Positions 26,578 to 39,605 of a stretch of 64,000 bases of DNA are shown in pieces; within the stretch, counting starts at the first letter, position 1, and each line of letters starts with the position of its first letter. This stretch comes from Tubulanus polymorphus. Lineage: Eukaryota > Animalia > Nemertea. Where the stretch lies: contig NC_134032.1 of NCBI RefSeq assembly GCF_964204645.1, forward strand, positions 3,930,175-3,994,174. Reading direction: 5' to 3'. Made by a program: the position numbers and the translations under genes. Below the pieces are notes generated by a model. That model made no database searches. It saw only the letters and a list, made by a program, of their open reading frames with translations, and was not told where the DNA came from.

Positions 26578-26739
26578 TCATGGTTGGGAATTGTGGAACT
26601 GTGGAATCAGATCCACATTAATTGCATGAATACCGAAAATCTACGTTTGTTGCAGTTTAGCACGGAGTATTATATCCATTTCAATAAGTTCAGTAGTATA
26701 ATACACTATGTGACATAAGTCTGTCTTAGGAGAAGCCAA

Positions 26740-27290
26740 TATCCTGAAAGCCGTTGTAAACTTGGAACTGAAACACTTAGTTAGATGATTCAGAGCCAAC
26801 AAATTATCTTTAAACATAACTAATTTCATGATTTTTGGTAATTCACATGTCCCAAAAAACCAAAAAAGATTGTGATTGACAATGCCAGAATTTCCATCGT
26901 CTGAATCTAAATTTTTAGGGGTAATGGTAGCCGACAAACTGAATTGGTCATCCCATATAAAATTTATTTCCATAGGGTTACTTTATAAAGCCCGTAAATG
27001 TCTCCCATATCACACCCTCTCACTATTTTTCAGTCCACTAATACTACCATACTTGCAGTATTGTATTATTGTATGGTGAAATACCTACCCAACGCGACTT
27101 CATAGACTCAATTTATTACTCAAAAGAGCGGTCCGTATGATATTCATCAATGCCCCGTTTCTAGCCCACACTCGCCCTCTACTTAAGCAGGGAAATATTT
27201 TAGGCCTGGTAGATTTAAATAAATTGAAGGTAGCATCATGTATGTATAAGCTTAAAAATGGCCTTTTGACAGAAAACTTTAATTATATAT
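26740..27290 (+). pseudogene. CR1/L2-group LINE ORF2 3' fragment
   Basis: FRANKLSLN..KFLGVMVADKLNWSSHI..LILPYLQYCIIVW..KRAVR..AHTRPL. Confidence 0.85.
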
Positions 27291-27312
27291 ATATAACCCC
27301 CGCGCTAACCAC

Positions 27313-28760
27313 CTAGACGCAATTTGATTTGATGAAAACCTTGCGTGCTGCCATTACTAAATGCCAGAGTCCAGGTAACAAGAGAATCCAGTCGAACTCA
27401 TGCGTCGGTACAATATCATACATGGCTGAACACGGATGTTCCGTGAAATTATTTTCACCGTAAAACGAATTCTTGCATCTATCGCAATGCAATACAATCT
27501 TAGTTAAATGACTGACGATCCAAAAAATGGCGCCGTCCATTTCTACGATCAGCCACGAGCGCACGTTCCCGCCATATCGTCGAATCCCCGCTCGAAAGCC
27601 GATTTTACGTATCAGCTCCGCTATACTTTCAAAGCTATTTGCATTCAACATTTCGGGTTCGCCAGTCACAGCAGTTACAGAACGCTCAATCAGTGGAATC
27701 CTAGTTGTAAACTCGTCATTTGGCGGAACTGGGAAATCGAGTTCTTCGACTAACTTTCTGTCTATTGTTAAACGAATGAGTTCGCAACCGCAATTCGTGC
27801 AGCTTCTCACAGTTACATCATTTTCCGCTCCACATCCAGAACAACGTCTTTTACTTTCGCTCACGCGTACTGCCTGGGTTACTCGTTCCTCATTGTCCAG
27901 TCCTGCTTTATTTTCAGAAAACAACCTTTCAAGTCGAGCAGTTATTACACAATCCCGCGAATATCTAAACTCGTCGTCTGTTTCCCCCGCGTTATTTATT
28001 CGCTCTTTGACGTCATCTGTGACTTCCGAGAAGAGCCAATTTCCAGGTTTCAAGTCGTCACGCGATCGCATTTCCCATCCATTACAATACTGGACGTTAT
28101 GACACTAACCGGCGTTTTATTCCCAGCTCTTACTGCATACATTTTTCCGACAACTTGTTCGTTGTCGAACACAAATTTGGCGAGTCTACGGGGTACCTCT
28201 GGCTCGATATCAGCCTGGCGTTTTATCCATTTATTTATATATGTATATGAGCCACCACCGGATGCCGAGCGCAATCGCAATAATGTTTTACTCTGCGACA
28301 AGCTATATGCCACGAGATTTTCGCGAAAAGACGCGGGCAGCACCCTTCGAGAGTTAATCTGCGCATATATTCCCTTGATCATGCGTGCCAAGGTTAACCA
28401 ATGTTTCGTTGTTGTTTCCCCAGTAAAACCACATAATCCTGAGCATAAACGTACTAAGTCCGGTGGCCTTGCTTCAAGCCATTTTCGCGGGTTATAATCT
28501 ATGAGTTTGATTATTTCTGAACGCAATTTCTCTTTGTGGCGTTTCGTACAGTACCGTGGCAATATCAGTCCCTAGTGATTTCACTGTTTCGGAAATAGGA
28601 TTAGAGAAAACATCATCGGTTTGAGGGGAACCTTTTCCTCCGACACTTCAAACTCTGTTCACTTTGTCGTTTCACCTTTGTCGAAATACTTCACGCATGT
28701 CTCGCAGATGAACGAACTTTTTCCGCGAAAATTTCCGCTATTATATTAAAATTTGCACTA
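27313..28760 (-). pseudogene. Frameshifted transposase-like ORF of a DNA transposon (family unresolved)
   Basis: Consecutive ORFs 28050-28562 and 27313-28071 with FDN, EMDG and PGLWHLVM motifs plus CxxC zinc ribbons; truncated. Confidence 0.55.
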
Positions 28761-29289
28761 TTTTCACTTAGCCAAGAACGGCGAAATACGCCAGAAATGG
28801 CGAATGTTTATATGTGTACCCATGGCAACGAATACTTGAAAACTTTATGATAGTTTTTAAAACTTGTTTCCACGTTAATTATTAACAAAAATCATGGTGT
28901 TTTTATCGTAGAATATGATAAATGTTATCATTTTTAACACACGATCAAGGTCTAAGCCCATATTCAAGTGCTTGCGTCCATGTCAAACAAAGCTGAGACG
29001 TTAAAAAAAGGAAATGGAACACCTATATATAACGAATGAAATGATGTTAAACGAACTGAAATAAAATTTATTTGCACTAGCCAGCGTTTAAAGGAAAATA
29101 AGTGAACCAATACTGGAAATAATCAATCAAGCCATATTTGCGAAAGGAGTAGAAAGTTTGAACTCTTTCGAGGCGCCATCGTTCAGTCATAAAAGTAGAT
29201 TGCTAGATTCGTTCTATATACGTTCATCTCCGACAAAGAACCAACTCTATTCGGGTGTCCTCGCAAAATTTCTTGGCAATAGTCAAGTA

Positions 29290-30109
29290 TACGTGATATC
29301 GACAAATTCAAGTTCTTGGATTACTCGTTTGATGGCGCTAGTCAGAACCGAAAATTGGAACCTAAATCCGCCATGCTCTAGTTCATTTGCGATGAAAATC
29401 TCTCGCTTCAAGTTTTCAATCAGCGATATTCTACTTACTATATATCGTCACGCGTAATCCTTTAAATATGATAATCTACCGTAACGTTGGATGTGATAAA
29501 ACCTTACAGCAAAAGCTAGAAATCACTATAAGTGTCCTAAAATTATCAAAAAACACTTTGCAACAGCTGAAATGTAAGGACTGGTTGCCAGGTATCACAT
29601 GGTGGCAGCACTTGACGGCCCAATTTCGATTGTTGGTTCGAGTCCTGGTACTTTTCATATTTTTATTATGAATCTAAGAGTGTAGTCCTTCAAAAATCAA
29701 TTTTATTTCGTAATATTGTTTCATATTAATCAGTGTAGCCTGCAATATATTCACCTTAGAGTCTTAAACTCAACAACAGAGTGATGACACCGGGCGCCAG
29801 TCATAACTTCCGTTAGCTGCTTCGAGCGTCATCACTAAATTTGTGATTTTTGGTAGTTTCTTGACATTTCTAGTGATCTTTTGCATTGAAAGTGAGGTTT
29901 TATCGAATTCAGCACATTGTCAGGATATCATACTTAAAGGATTATGCTTGCCTATGTATATTAAGTAAAATATCGCTAACTAAAAATTTGAAGCGAGAGA
30001 TTTTTATTGCAAATGAACTAGAACATGGCGGATTTAGGTTCCAATTTGCGGTTCTGACTAGCGCCATCAAACGAGTAATTCAAGAACTTGAATTTGTCGA
30101 TATCCCGTA
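29290..30109. mobile_element. Foldback element with ~190-bp inverted arms
   Basis: 29290-29480 is the reverse complement of about 29918-30109 (TACGTGATATCGACAAATTCAAG / CTTGAATTTGTCGATATCCCGTA). Confidence 0.8.
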
Positions 30110-31353
30110 TTGCTAGCGATGTCTTTCGTTGGTAGATCCCTGTTTACACCATTACACGAAGCACACTGCATTCAAAATTGCATTTCAAATCTAGCTGGTC
30201 CAAATATTTTCCACGGATGTTATACACGTGTGTGCCAGAATATCGGCGGCCAAAACAATTGCCAACACCTATTCGCCAGTAATACTGCACGAAGCAGACA
30301 TGTTTATCAGTGTGAACCAGTCCAATGTCTATCAAAATCTTTAGTTACATTACATTAAAGTGTCGCTAGTAGTACATATAAATGATTGTGACATTAAATG
30401 ATGGCATTGTGCACTTGTAGGGTTGTATTTCGAATAATTCACATTATCATCATTGTTAGGAGAATAGATGAAGCGATTACTAAATTTTTCGAATCATCTC
30501 CTCGTTGACAGGTTAAATCGTCGGTCTTTCCAGTTCTGAGATGAATATGAAAATGTTAGCTTATGTTCGATGTAATGATTTTTCTCTTTATTTCTAATTA
30601 TCTGTTCTTCGAGGTCCTGTATTTCAAATTCGATACCGGATAGACACCAGTTTGTGTTTATCGCTATAAGATATCGCATCTGCAGCGTTGCTGTGAAATA
30701 AGGTCAGTACTGTGCGATCAGTGATGATACCGGGTGGAAATGTCTATTGTGTTTATATTACCTTTGAAATTTTGCTGTAGATGTACACGCCCTGATTAGC
30801 TCGATCACCGTTGAAATACCTTTGTAATGTCGTCGACAGTAACAACAGCTGGCTGTTGGCTTTCTTTTCTACTGTGCGGATTTTGCAATGTGACTGCACA
30901 ACGTATAATTCCATTGCTAAATCAGAAAATTTATGTAATTTGCAGTTTAAGAAGGCATCCATTTTTTGCTTCATAAGAGCCCACATCACAAGTTAGCACA
31001 ATCTACCAAGTGGTCTTTGACAATACTTGCTACGATTCTCTTCAGCAACGTGTGTAGCATTTTGTCGCCCACTTTTGCATATTTTCGCTGAGGAGTTTTT
31101 GTCAAAGTTTTACCATAGGCACGCATCACCATTTCAATGTGACTTGCCCTTTTATCTGCAAATTTCATTCTTGCTCTTGCCTCCAAATTATTGGACCAAT
31201 TTTTATATAGCTCAACTTCTCTCTCCACGAGATATGAACGTAAATCCTGTTTCAATCCATCTATAGTTCAAATTCCATCTAAAGTACAAACAACACACAT
31301 CATTCTACAACATTCTTACCACTTAATAATTGGACATAGAGTAACGTTGATAA

Positions 31354-32313
31354 TCATTTCGACAAGTTTCTACAGGAAATAACTGCACAGAAATATTCAC
31401 GAATTTCTCGTCCCAGTAGAAGATAAATGTAGAAATTAACGACATAGTTACAAATTTGGATATGGGTGCAGATGTCTAACATTAATTGTTTTTGGTCCAC
31501 AGGCATTGTTTGGAATGCTGTAATAGAGGTTGGAAGAGTGAATATTGCAAATGCGAGTGAAACTGTTACAAGCATAATTGTTGTGCGTTTTGCTTTTGTA
31601 GTTTTCTTGTCAGACGACACCATTTTCGTACCTTTGAATAACTGAATTATTATAACAGAATTTGATACGATGATCACCGTTAAAGGCAGAAAATAAACAT
31701 GAATGACAAATGTGGTGAAAATTTCGGCTTGGTTAGATATTTCTAAGTAGCATCCGGTAATTTTTTCCGAAAACTTAATTAATACGGCTTGGGAAATACC
31801 AGCAACTAAAATATCTATGATGAAAATGATAACAATGACGCATCGGGCGAATCCAGGAGTACATATCAAACGAGATGTGAATGGGAAGAGCACAACTGCC
31901 GCACGTTCAATAGATATCGCTACTATGAACCATGAACTGCAGGCAATCAAAAGTGATATGACAAATTCATATATTTGACAGCTGATCAGTGAATTTATCA
32001 AGAGCGTAGCGTCGATAGCACTTATGTGAAGATGGCCAAAAACAAACTGTAAAACAGGCATCAGACTTAAACTGACGACAACCACAAAATCACTGATTGA
32101 CAAAACGATCAGATAGTTAGCGTAAGATAAACTGCGGAATCTGTGACTTATCATTATCAGGAAAGTAGCCGAATTTCCAAAAACGCCTAACAGTAGAAAG
32201 ATAGGCAGAATGACCAGTGACGCGGTACGGTAGATACCAGACTTGTTCACCACAGACAAGATAGCGATATAGCTGTTATAAGGTCTCGCAATCTGCATTA
32301 GAGTAGAATTCAT
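31354..32313 (-). CDS. Intronless class A GPCR, paralog of 58908..59858
   Basis: 7TM; GNSAT, LSISD, SIER, LP in TM6, NYVVNFYIY. Confidence 0.92.
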   Translation of the reverse strand: MNSTLMQIARPYNSYIAILSVVNKSGIYRTASLVILPIFLLLGVFGNSATFLIMISHRFRSLSYANYLIVLSISDFVVVVSLSLMPVLQFVFGHLHISAIDATLLINSLISCQIYEFVISLLIACSSWFIVAISIERAAVVLFPFTSRLICTPGFARCVIVIIFIIDILVAGISQAVLIKFSEKITGCYLEISNQAEIFTTFVIHVYFLPLTVIIVSNSVIIIQLFKGTKMVSSDKKTTKAKRTTIMLVTVSLAFAIFTLPTSITAFQTMPVDQKQLMLDICTHIQICNYVVNFYIYLLLGREIREYFCAVISCRNLSK

Positions 32314-33521
32314 GATTGATTTGATGCTTCGTTTAGATGCACGAATTGTCGTCTATTCAAGTGAATATTAAGAAATACGCATCTATATATTGATACAATC
32401 TGTTGAATGAAAGCAGCCATTCAACAATTGTTCAGCCAGATTAAATTAACTCCCAATTTGACGCATAAATCAAAAATAAATTCCCAGATATCGAACACAA
32501 AACACTAAGATTCGTGAAATGATTATCGTTTGAAGCGACGAATTTAATGCTTCTAAATCAGGAAGTTGGAATTGCATCGAGCTTGACGGGAAAACTTCTG
32601 AAATACGAACAAAAAACCGAAGTGACACCACGTTCTACTGTCGAAATCGAGGCTTTCGGTTGTGGCAAGCCGGGATCCATCAGGTGTCACACAGTTTTGT
32701 GATATTATAATTCCATTTGTGGCAAGTGAGGATGCACCAGGTGTCGCTAGTTTGCATTAGGAACAGATGCCCTCAAAAATCTATTTCAACTATTGTTAAT
32801 GAATGATTAATTTTTAGGCTTCGGTAACACATTTTCTGAGATACCCTAGCAGTGTTACATGCTGTAATAGAGGCCGTCCACACATCTGAGTTCGTCTGCC
32901 CGTCGGTGTTTGAGACACGCAGTACAACACAACACAATATAATGGGGGCTTTAAAAACTTCGATTGTCCGTCATGTAAATTACTTTCGCGAACAGTATAT
33001 GTGCTTGTTACCAATCTTATAAAATGGCAATTGCATTCCAGACTTCTCGCAGAAGTGTTTATACCATCATGATGACGTCGACAATCGAAAACCAATTGAT
33101 AAAAAGATGACCAATTTTAGATGGGACGATAGTGGTGTGCGGTGTAGAAAGCGAGCCTAATTTGCAGACACAGTTCAAGTCTATCCTCCAAACCTAATTT
33201 GCATATTCAGTAATCTGCCGCAGTCGAGGCGATGACGTAAGATTAGAACCAATATCGTCGTGTTTGATAATGGACGACCGATCGAACAAGCGCGCGTGTG
33301 TCGATTCTAACGACATCCTTGTTGTGTTTGTTGCCGATCGCACGGGAGAGACGAGTTATCGAATGATGAATGGTGGAGACATAATATTTGAAAATGAAAG
33401 ACTGAAATCGCATTCTGCTTCCGTCTTTCTAGCCAGGGCAGCTCGATAGCGAAAGACAATATCCGATATTTTCAGAGTTCGCAAAGTTATCTAATTAATC
33501 AAATGTAAAATATAAGTATTT

Positions 33522-33928
33522 TCAATCGATTAACTTTCCTACCCGAACGCGACCGGTTTTACATTCGTGCGTCGCTAGTTGAACAACAGCGAGTCGAAAT
33601 TTACTGTAAGACAAACAAAAGACTAAAAAGTTCATACATGAATCTACCAGAGTTAGACCGTTAGCGATATTTCGCCGAACCATAAGAACCTCATCACCAG
33701 TTGAATTACCAGTTGAAGAAGATTGATTATTCCAAACCCAGCCCACTGCAGCTTTTCGACAAATATGAATGATTCGAATGTGACAAATAGAGCTACAAGG
33801 CCGAACGACATTCTCAAAGCGCGTACGGTAACTCCAAGTTGGCAGTTTGATTCTTTTTCATTAACGACTTTTACCAATTCGTGAACATTTGATCGCAATC
33901 AATGCCAAAATTAAGATGGCGTTTACAC
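33522..33928 (-). pseudogene. Class A GPCR fragment (TM5-TM7), frameshifted
   Basis: RALRMSFGLVALFVTFE and LTLVDSCMNFLVFCLSYSKFR lie in different frames; cut by the HINE at 33931. Confidence 0.7.
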
Positions 33929-33930
33929 TG

Positions 33931-34340
33931 ACAAGCGTGAATGATACAAAACAGCTCCTGGGACCTTGACCTTCGACCTACAGGACCCGAAATGTAATCA
34001 ATTACTCGCTGTCTTTAGGATAACCCATTCAAAAAATGTCACCAAATTATCTTCAACCATCCACGAGATAGAGCCCGGAAATGAAAGATACATGACAGCT
34101 TCTAGTAACCTTCTGGTAACCTTGACCTTCGACCAATACGACCAGAAATCTAATCAGTTACCCATCCATAGAATTTCAGTTAGTTAGTTATCTTATACGG
34201 TTTATGAGTTAGAGCCCGGAAATGAAATTCGCAAAATGGCTTCCTGCGACCTTGTCCTTGGATGTACAGGATCCAAAATCTAATCGGTTACTAACCACAT
34301 ATAGTACGACACAACCGCAACGCGTTGTGGGGGCATAAAA
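33931..34340 (-). mobile_element. HINE-like element with GACCTTGACCTT core repeats
   Basis: ACAAG ... three GACCTTGACCTT-type repeats ... GGGGGCATAAAA termini. Confidence 0.65.
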
Positions 34341-34699
34341 TAGCAAAATTACATGAAATTTTACGTGAAATTTTATAAACAAAATATTTCTTAAATACCA
34401 ACAGCATCTAAAAAAGAGAGGTTAATTCTACTGCCGGTAACATATGTATAGTTGAATCTGCAATCCAATTCAATATCATCTTTATTGCACCGCAATAAAT
34501 CGATAGTTTGGCAGTCTTGAGGAATAACCCGCGGGAGGCTTTCACCCAATCCCCTTCCGAGGGTCATTCCAATTGAAATAACTATCGACATTTTGAGATA
34601 CTCCCTTATTGCTTTGTCTTCATCCTGACCCAGGCATAACTGTATTTCTTTTTTTAGCTTTACAACTGACTCTACTTAATTTAATAATTCCATTTTGAA

Positions 34700-35435
34700 A
34701 TAATAATGTGTTAGTCCTGGATTGTTGGTGACACCAATATTAGCCAGACATGTCATCCATGAGTGCGTCACCTGCCGAAGTTAACGAGTGACGCCACTAC
34801 AGCAACGAATGGCAGACCTACCAAACCTCCGGCTGATGCCATTCAGCCCACCATTCAGGCCAAAAATTGTTGATAACCTTGGACCGGTCCTCGCGAAGTT
34901 GAACCGTAATACGACAAGGGCTATTGCGCGGTATTGGTTTGTGCCGTGCTACAAGCTGTTCATTTAATTTGTGTCCAGGACCTTTCGACGTCAGGATTTA
35001 TGCAAGGCTTTCGAACGATTCGTTAGCACATGTGGTGTCCCTGCTCTTACCGTTAGTGGCAGCGCAACTTGTTTAAAAGTTCGTTGGTTGCAGTTTAGCC
35101 TCGATCGAGAAAAACTTCAAACTGACACGCAGGAGTACGATGTTCAGTGGAAGTTTGATCCATCCGCAGGTCCACGTCATCAGGGTCTGGTTTAACGCAT
35201 CGTGCAAGAAGTGAAGAAATCCGTGAGACATATCGTCAAAGCCGATAACCTAACATTTGAATGGGAGAAGTCTTCTCGATTATTGCCGGGCTACTGAGTA
35301 GTCGCCCAATCGCCTCTGTATCGCCTTCTAGACGAACCACCGATTACTTCCAAGCATTTTCTCGTTGGGCGAGGTTCTTTACATAGTGTGCAAATGCCAT
35401 TTGAAGACTACGTTAGTAATACAAAGAAGAGATAC
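34700..35435 (+). pseudogene. BEL/Pao LTR retrotransposon integrase remnant (3' part duplicated at 20685-20950)
   Basis: HECVTCR..PLQQRMADLPNLRLMPFSPPF..DNLGP; QWKFDPSAGPRHQGLV; SRPI..PITSKHFLVG. Confidence 0.8.
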
Positions 35436-37061
35436 CTAGTGTAATATTAAACCAACGCAGTGCACACGATGACCAGGAACAGCCTAGGTTCGGTCTTGAT
35501 GCTGACGCTGAATTCATAATTAACATGGATGCAAATCCCAGAATTGATTTCGATTGGTCCCAATACTTCATTGAGGTTGATCAGGGGATTACCAGGTTCA
35601 GACCTGAAACGTTAAAAGGTACAGCAACAACATACCATAACATAATATGAATGTATCATTAAGTTATACCGATGTGATGAATAAACAAACAGCTGCAACG
35701 CGATTTAAAACGTCATAAACTATTTGCATATGAAAACCATAGCAAATTATATTCGATCATATATTCGTAAATCCAGAATATACACACGTGTGCCCGAGCT
35801 TTTAGTGCTTCATTGATAATCTAGATCGATGTGATAACGGAATGGCTCGCAACAATCATTCGATAACTGGGTGATCAACAACTGACCATACGACGAGTAA
35901 ATCCATAACGGAATCGCCCACAACGACCAATGTAATAACTTTGACTGTTTTCAATTTTTTTTTCCATAATTTCCGTCTCCTTTAAAATTTGATTTCTAAC
36001 GTCTATCAATAATGAATCAGGTTTTTTTTATTCGCATTATTTGACTTAGCAATTATACAACACGGAATATGATTGTTGTCGCACGCCTGATGTGCGTGAA
36101 CCTGCGCGCCTAGGGGGCAAAGACATGGGTTGGTACCATGGCAGTCTTGCCATTTTTCGTCATTTTCGGATCCCTTTAGGTTAGTTGGCCAGTTTATGGG
36201 ATTCTGTGGACTATTTTCTCATTGGGTCCATTTGGATAATCCAGTTAACTCTTTCAGCACTGGCAATTTTACATGGTATAATACTAAGCGAATTTGGAAG
36301 AAACTGGTGTCTCCAGTTAACTTAGCATTACACAGGAGCTACTGAACCTAAATGAACAAACTTGACCAAATTTGAAATACGAAACAGGGCTACATTTCAG
36401 AGCAATTTTCCTAGGTTCAGATTGGTGCGTTGAGGTCATGTGACCAAAGTCAGTAATCTTGGATTCGAAATTACCATGCAAAATTTCTGGAATCGAAGCC
36501 TGGAAAAACAGTAATCCTCAAAATAGAGCCAGTTTCCACACACATTTAGATTACTACACTTCTTTTCTTTGATATGATGATAAAATAAATATATTTTAAC
36601 AATATTTCATAGAAATTTGGTACGGAAATATAGAACCCAACGGTGAACAATATCGTATTGAAGGGGTTAGACCGCACAAATGATGATAGAATCTGTCATA
36701 ATTGTTCTCCACTTCTTTAGAATCAGTCTATAAAAAGATTTAGAAACAATTTTTGCGTTTTTTGCTACAAATAAAATCCTTATTTCTTATCGTATATGTA
36801 TCTAGGTCACTAGGTCTGTATTTTGCTCGCACAGTGTATGGCAAACAATGAATTTATTTGTATGATAAGTTGATTATTCAAACATATGATGGATATATTT
36901 TCAGCGCAAATGAAATTGCATAATCCCTCAATTGATCTTTCTGTCAGAACAATATCCTCTGATTAGCATCAATTGACAGATTACTGCACGTATTTTGAAT
37001 AAAATTTCTATTCAAATCCGCATTTAAATAGGTTTAGATTATATTACAATTTTGATTGTAG

Positions 37062-39605
37062 TTTTATCAGTAGTTTAGTTCTGGCTGTTGCAGTTATCGT
37101 GTGCTCCAAGACTGACGTAGAAATATGTGAGTTTTATAGGAAGTCTTTTTGCATAGTTTCAACAGATACTTGGATATATTGAACAAATCACCAAAATTTT
37201 ATTTACAATGATAATACTAATAACTTGCTTGCAATTTTCTTGTAGATTTCTTCATCACTTTCAGGAAGTAACTGTAGTTAAATGCCACTTTTTATTTTAC
37301 AGGAATTTCATAGCACAATTCCCTCGTTTCTTCTACATTTGTTTGTTGTGCTCATTGTGGAAATGTGGTAAGTCTTCTCACGTTTTGCTTTACCGTTCGT
37401 CTTTTGGAGCTTCGTTTACGCAGATTTTCAACCTATTCGATCGTTGCTGTTTAAACCTCACGGGACCGCAGTCTTTGAAGTGTTGCCCGTGCACTGTTAG
37501 CCGCAAGCAGGACTCCAACCCGTTTGCCACTCATGAGTGTTATCGAATGTTCGATTATATAGATACGATCGAAAACTGAATTACATTGCACAGGTTATAA
37601 TGCAGTGATGCGATTACTGGAACTTCTATTACAGATACCGTAATTTCTATCAGCGTTGAGGAAAGAAGCTTGGACCAGTTTGGCCATATGATGAAAGAAT
37701 TGACAAAACGACCGGTATCAGATTTCAACGAATACGGCAACTATTGTGGGAAGGGAGGTAGTGGGCGTGTCCTTGATCAGATTGACAGGTATTTAGCACC
37801 CAACTGCTACGATGGAATTACGTTCTATGCGATAACGATACCTTGCAACAAACCTACACCAAATTTCTATGCATTTAAAGCCATTGCAATGCAATAGACA
37901 AATACGTGTATTTCGATGATCTATAACTTTGCAATAGGCAATCTTCGATGTTTAACTGGAGTTAATTACTTTTGTTGACCTTTTTACTTAACAACTTAAA
38001 ACCTAGTAAAGGAAATGATGGTTCCATAACCAAACCTAACGACTTGAGACCAGTCTTAACTCATTGAGGTTCTACAACATTCCAACAGCATTAGGCCAGT
38101 GGAATTATGCTTTTGTTCTAAAACCGTTTACAACCCAGGACCTGTATAATCTAATTTGGTTCCATAACTGATCTAAGGATATTGAGTTTTCCAGTTAACT
38201 GGTAAAAGTACCAACACATCTCATTAATTGTTGGTTTGTTTTATTCAATACATTTATATCATTTTATTGACAGGTCAAATTTATCACATGAAATTAAAGC
38301 TTAAAATCCCGTACTATTTTTCTTAAGGTGCTGTAAAGTGCACGATGATTGTTACGGTCGTATTAGCAACAACGAATGTAAAAGCAAGAGTTTTTGGGAC
38401 ATTCTGTTTACTTCAGTTTATCTGAATAGATACGCCTGGAAAATGCAAAATGGTGCGATCATTTGCGGTACGTATATCCAACCAGATATATCTTAACGTC
38501 AATAGTGCCGATCACTTAAACCCGATTGTTAAACTTATCGTTTTGAATTTACGTACTTTACTCAAATTCAATATAAGATAAGTACCGACGTTTACACGGT
38601 ACATTTAAGGAGAACATTGACAACACAATCTGAGTCCGTGTTGCAAAAAAGGTTAAAAATCCAACATTGAGAATAAAAACAGCCTGAACCCTTTCGCCGG
38701 GGACAATTTGAATACTCCATGAGCAATAAATCTGTGTTTATATTGATTTTGATTTCAAAATCAATTTATATGCTTTTTCATGAACAAAGACTCATCAAAC
38801 TAATATCTGTTATGATGTTAGTAGTAAGAGCTACGAAAAAATGTTTGGTACACAAAGTTACAAGGTACAAAAGGTAACCTGTGACTTAGATCTCGATGTT
38901 AAATTTAGTTCACGTCTTTGTTTACATAAATTAGTTTTATAATAATAGAAAACATTGTAAGCACTTTCTATGGGTAGTATGGCATTTCAACGACTGTAAG
39001 ACATCCGTAAAGCATACTGATGACGTTTTAGCAGCCAGGTGGCTAGTTTATCATGTGGAAATTAGGTTAATAGGTCAAGTGTCACGTGTTAGGGGACTTC
39101 GCCGATATCTTTCGGATTACATCGTCACAGCCCAAATGTTATCGCCAGTGAAAGGCTGGAACAGATGATATGAAATTCGACACGTCAAAAAAGTCCAATG
39201 TGTCGTTGAGCTAATAGATTATTCGGCGTTTGTAATTTAGCTCACGAGATCTAATGATTTAATTCCGCATTAAGAGCATTTTGTTTTTGTGAAGATCTAT
39301 TCGAGTTAAGTCTTAACGTCGAGATGACTATATAATGATGAAGTCGTGACGTCGAATGAAGTATTACCTGGGAAATATTAATAACAATTTAAGCCGTAAC
39401 AGTACTCCGTGAATTTGTTAATCTATTCGATAATTAACAATATATATCATATTTTCTACTAGAATCAACAAATAACAGATGTGATATGGTACTGTGCCAA
39501 TGCGACAAGACTGCCGCCGAGTGCTTCAAGAAAAACTTACGATTTTACAACCCGGCCAGAAAATCGTCGAGTCATTTGGATCAATTCATCCACGCGTTCT
39601 ACTAA
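37062..39605 (+). CDS. Secreted phospholipase A2, copy 2; exons 37062-37126, 37635-37788, 38328-38467, 39463-39605; first exon not located
   Basis: Same exon phases as copy 1; YGNYCGKGGSG, CCKVHDDCY and CQCDKTAAECF intact. Confidence 0.88.

Noticed and set aside
27527-28497. Plus-strand ORFs of 191 and 132 aa
   Set aside because: Antisense shadows of the minus-strand transposase-like frames
33125-33200. tRNA gene or tRNA-derived SINE head
   Set aside because: Only weak A/B-box similarity (TGGTGTGCGG, GTTCAAGTC), no cloverleaf and no second copy in the window
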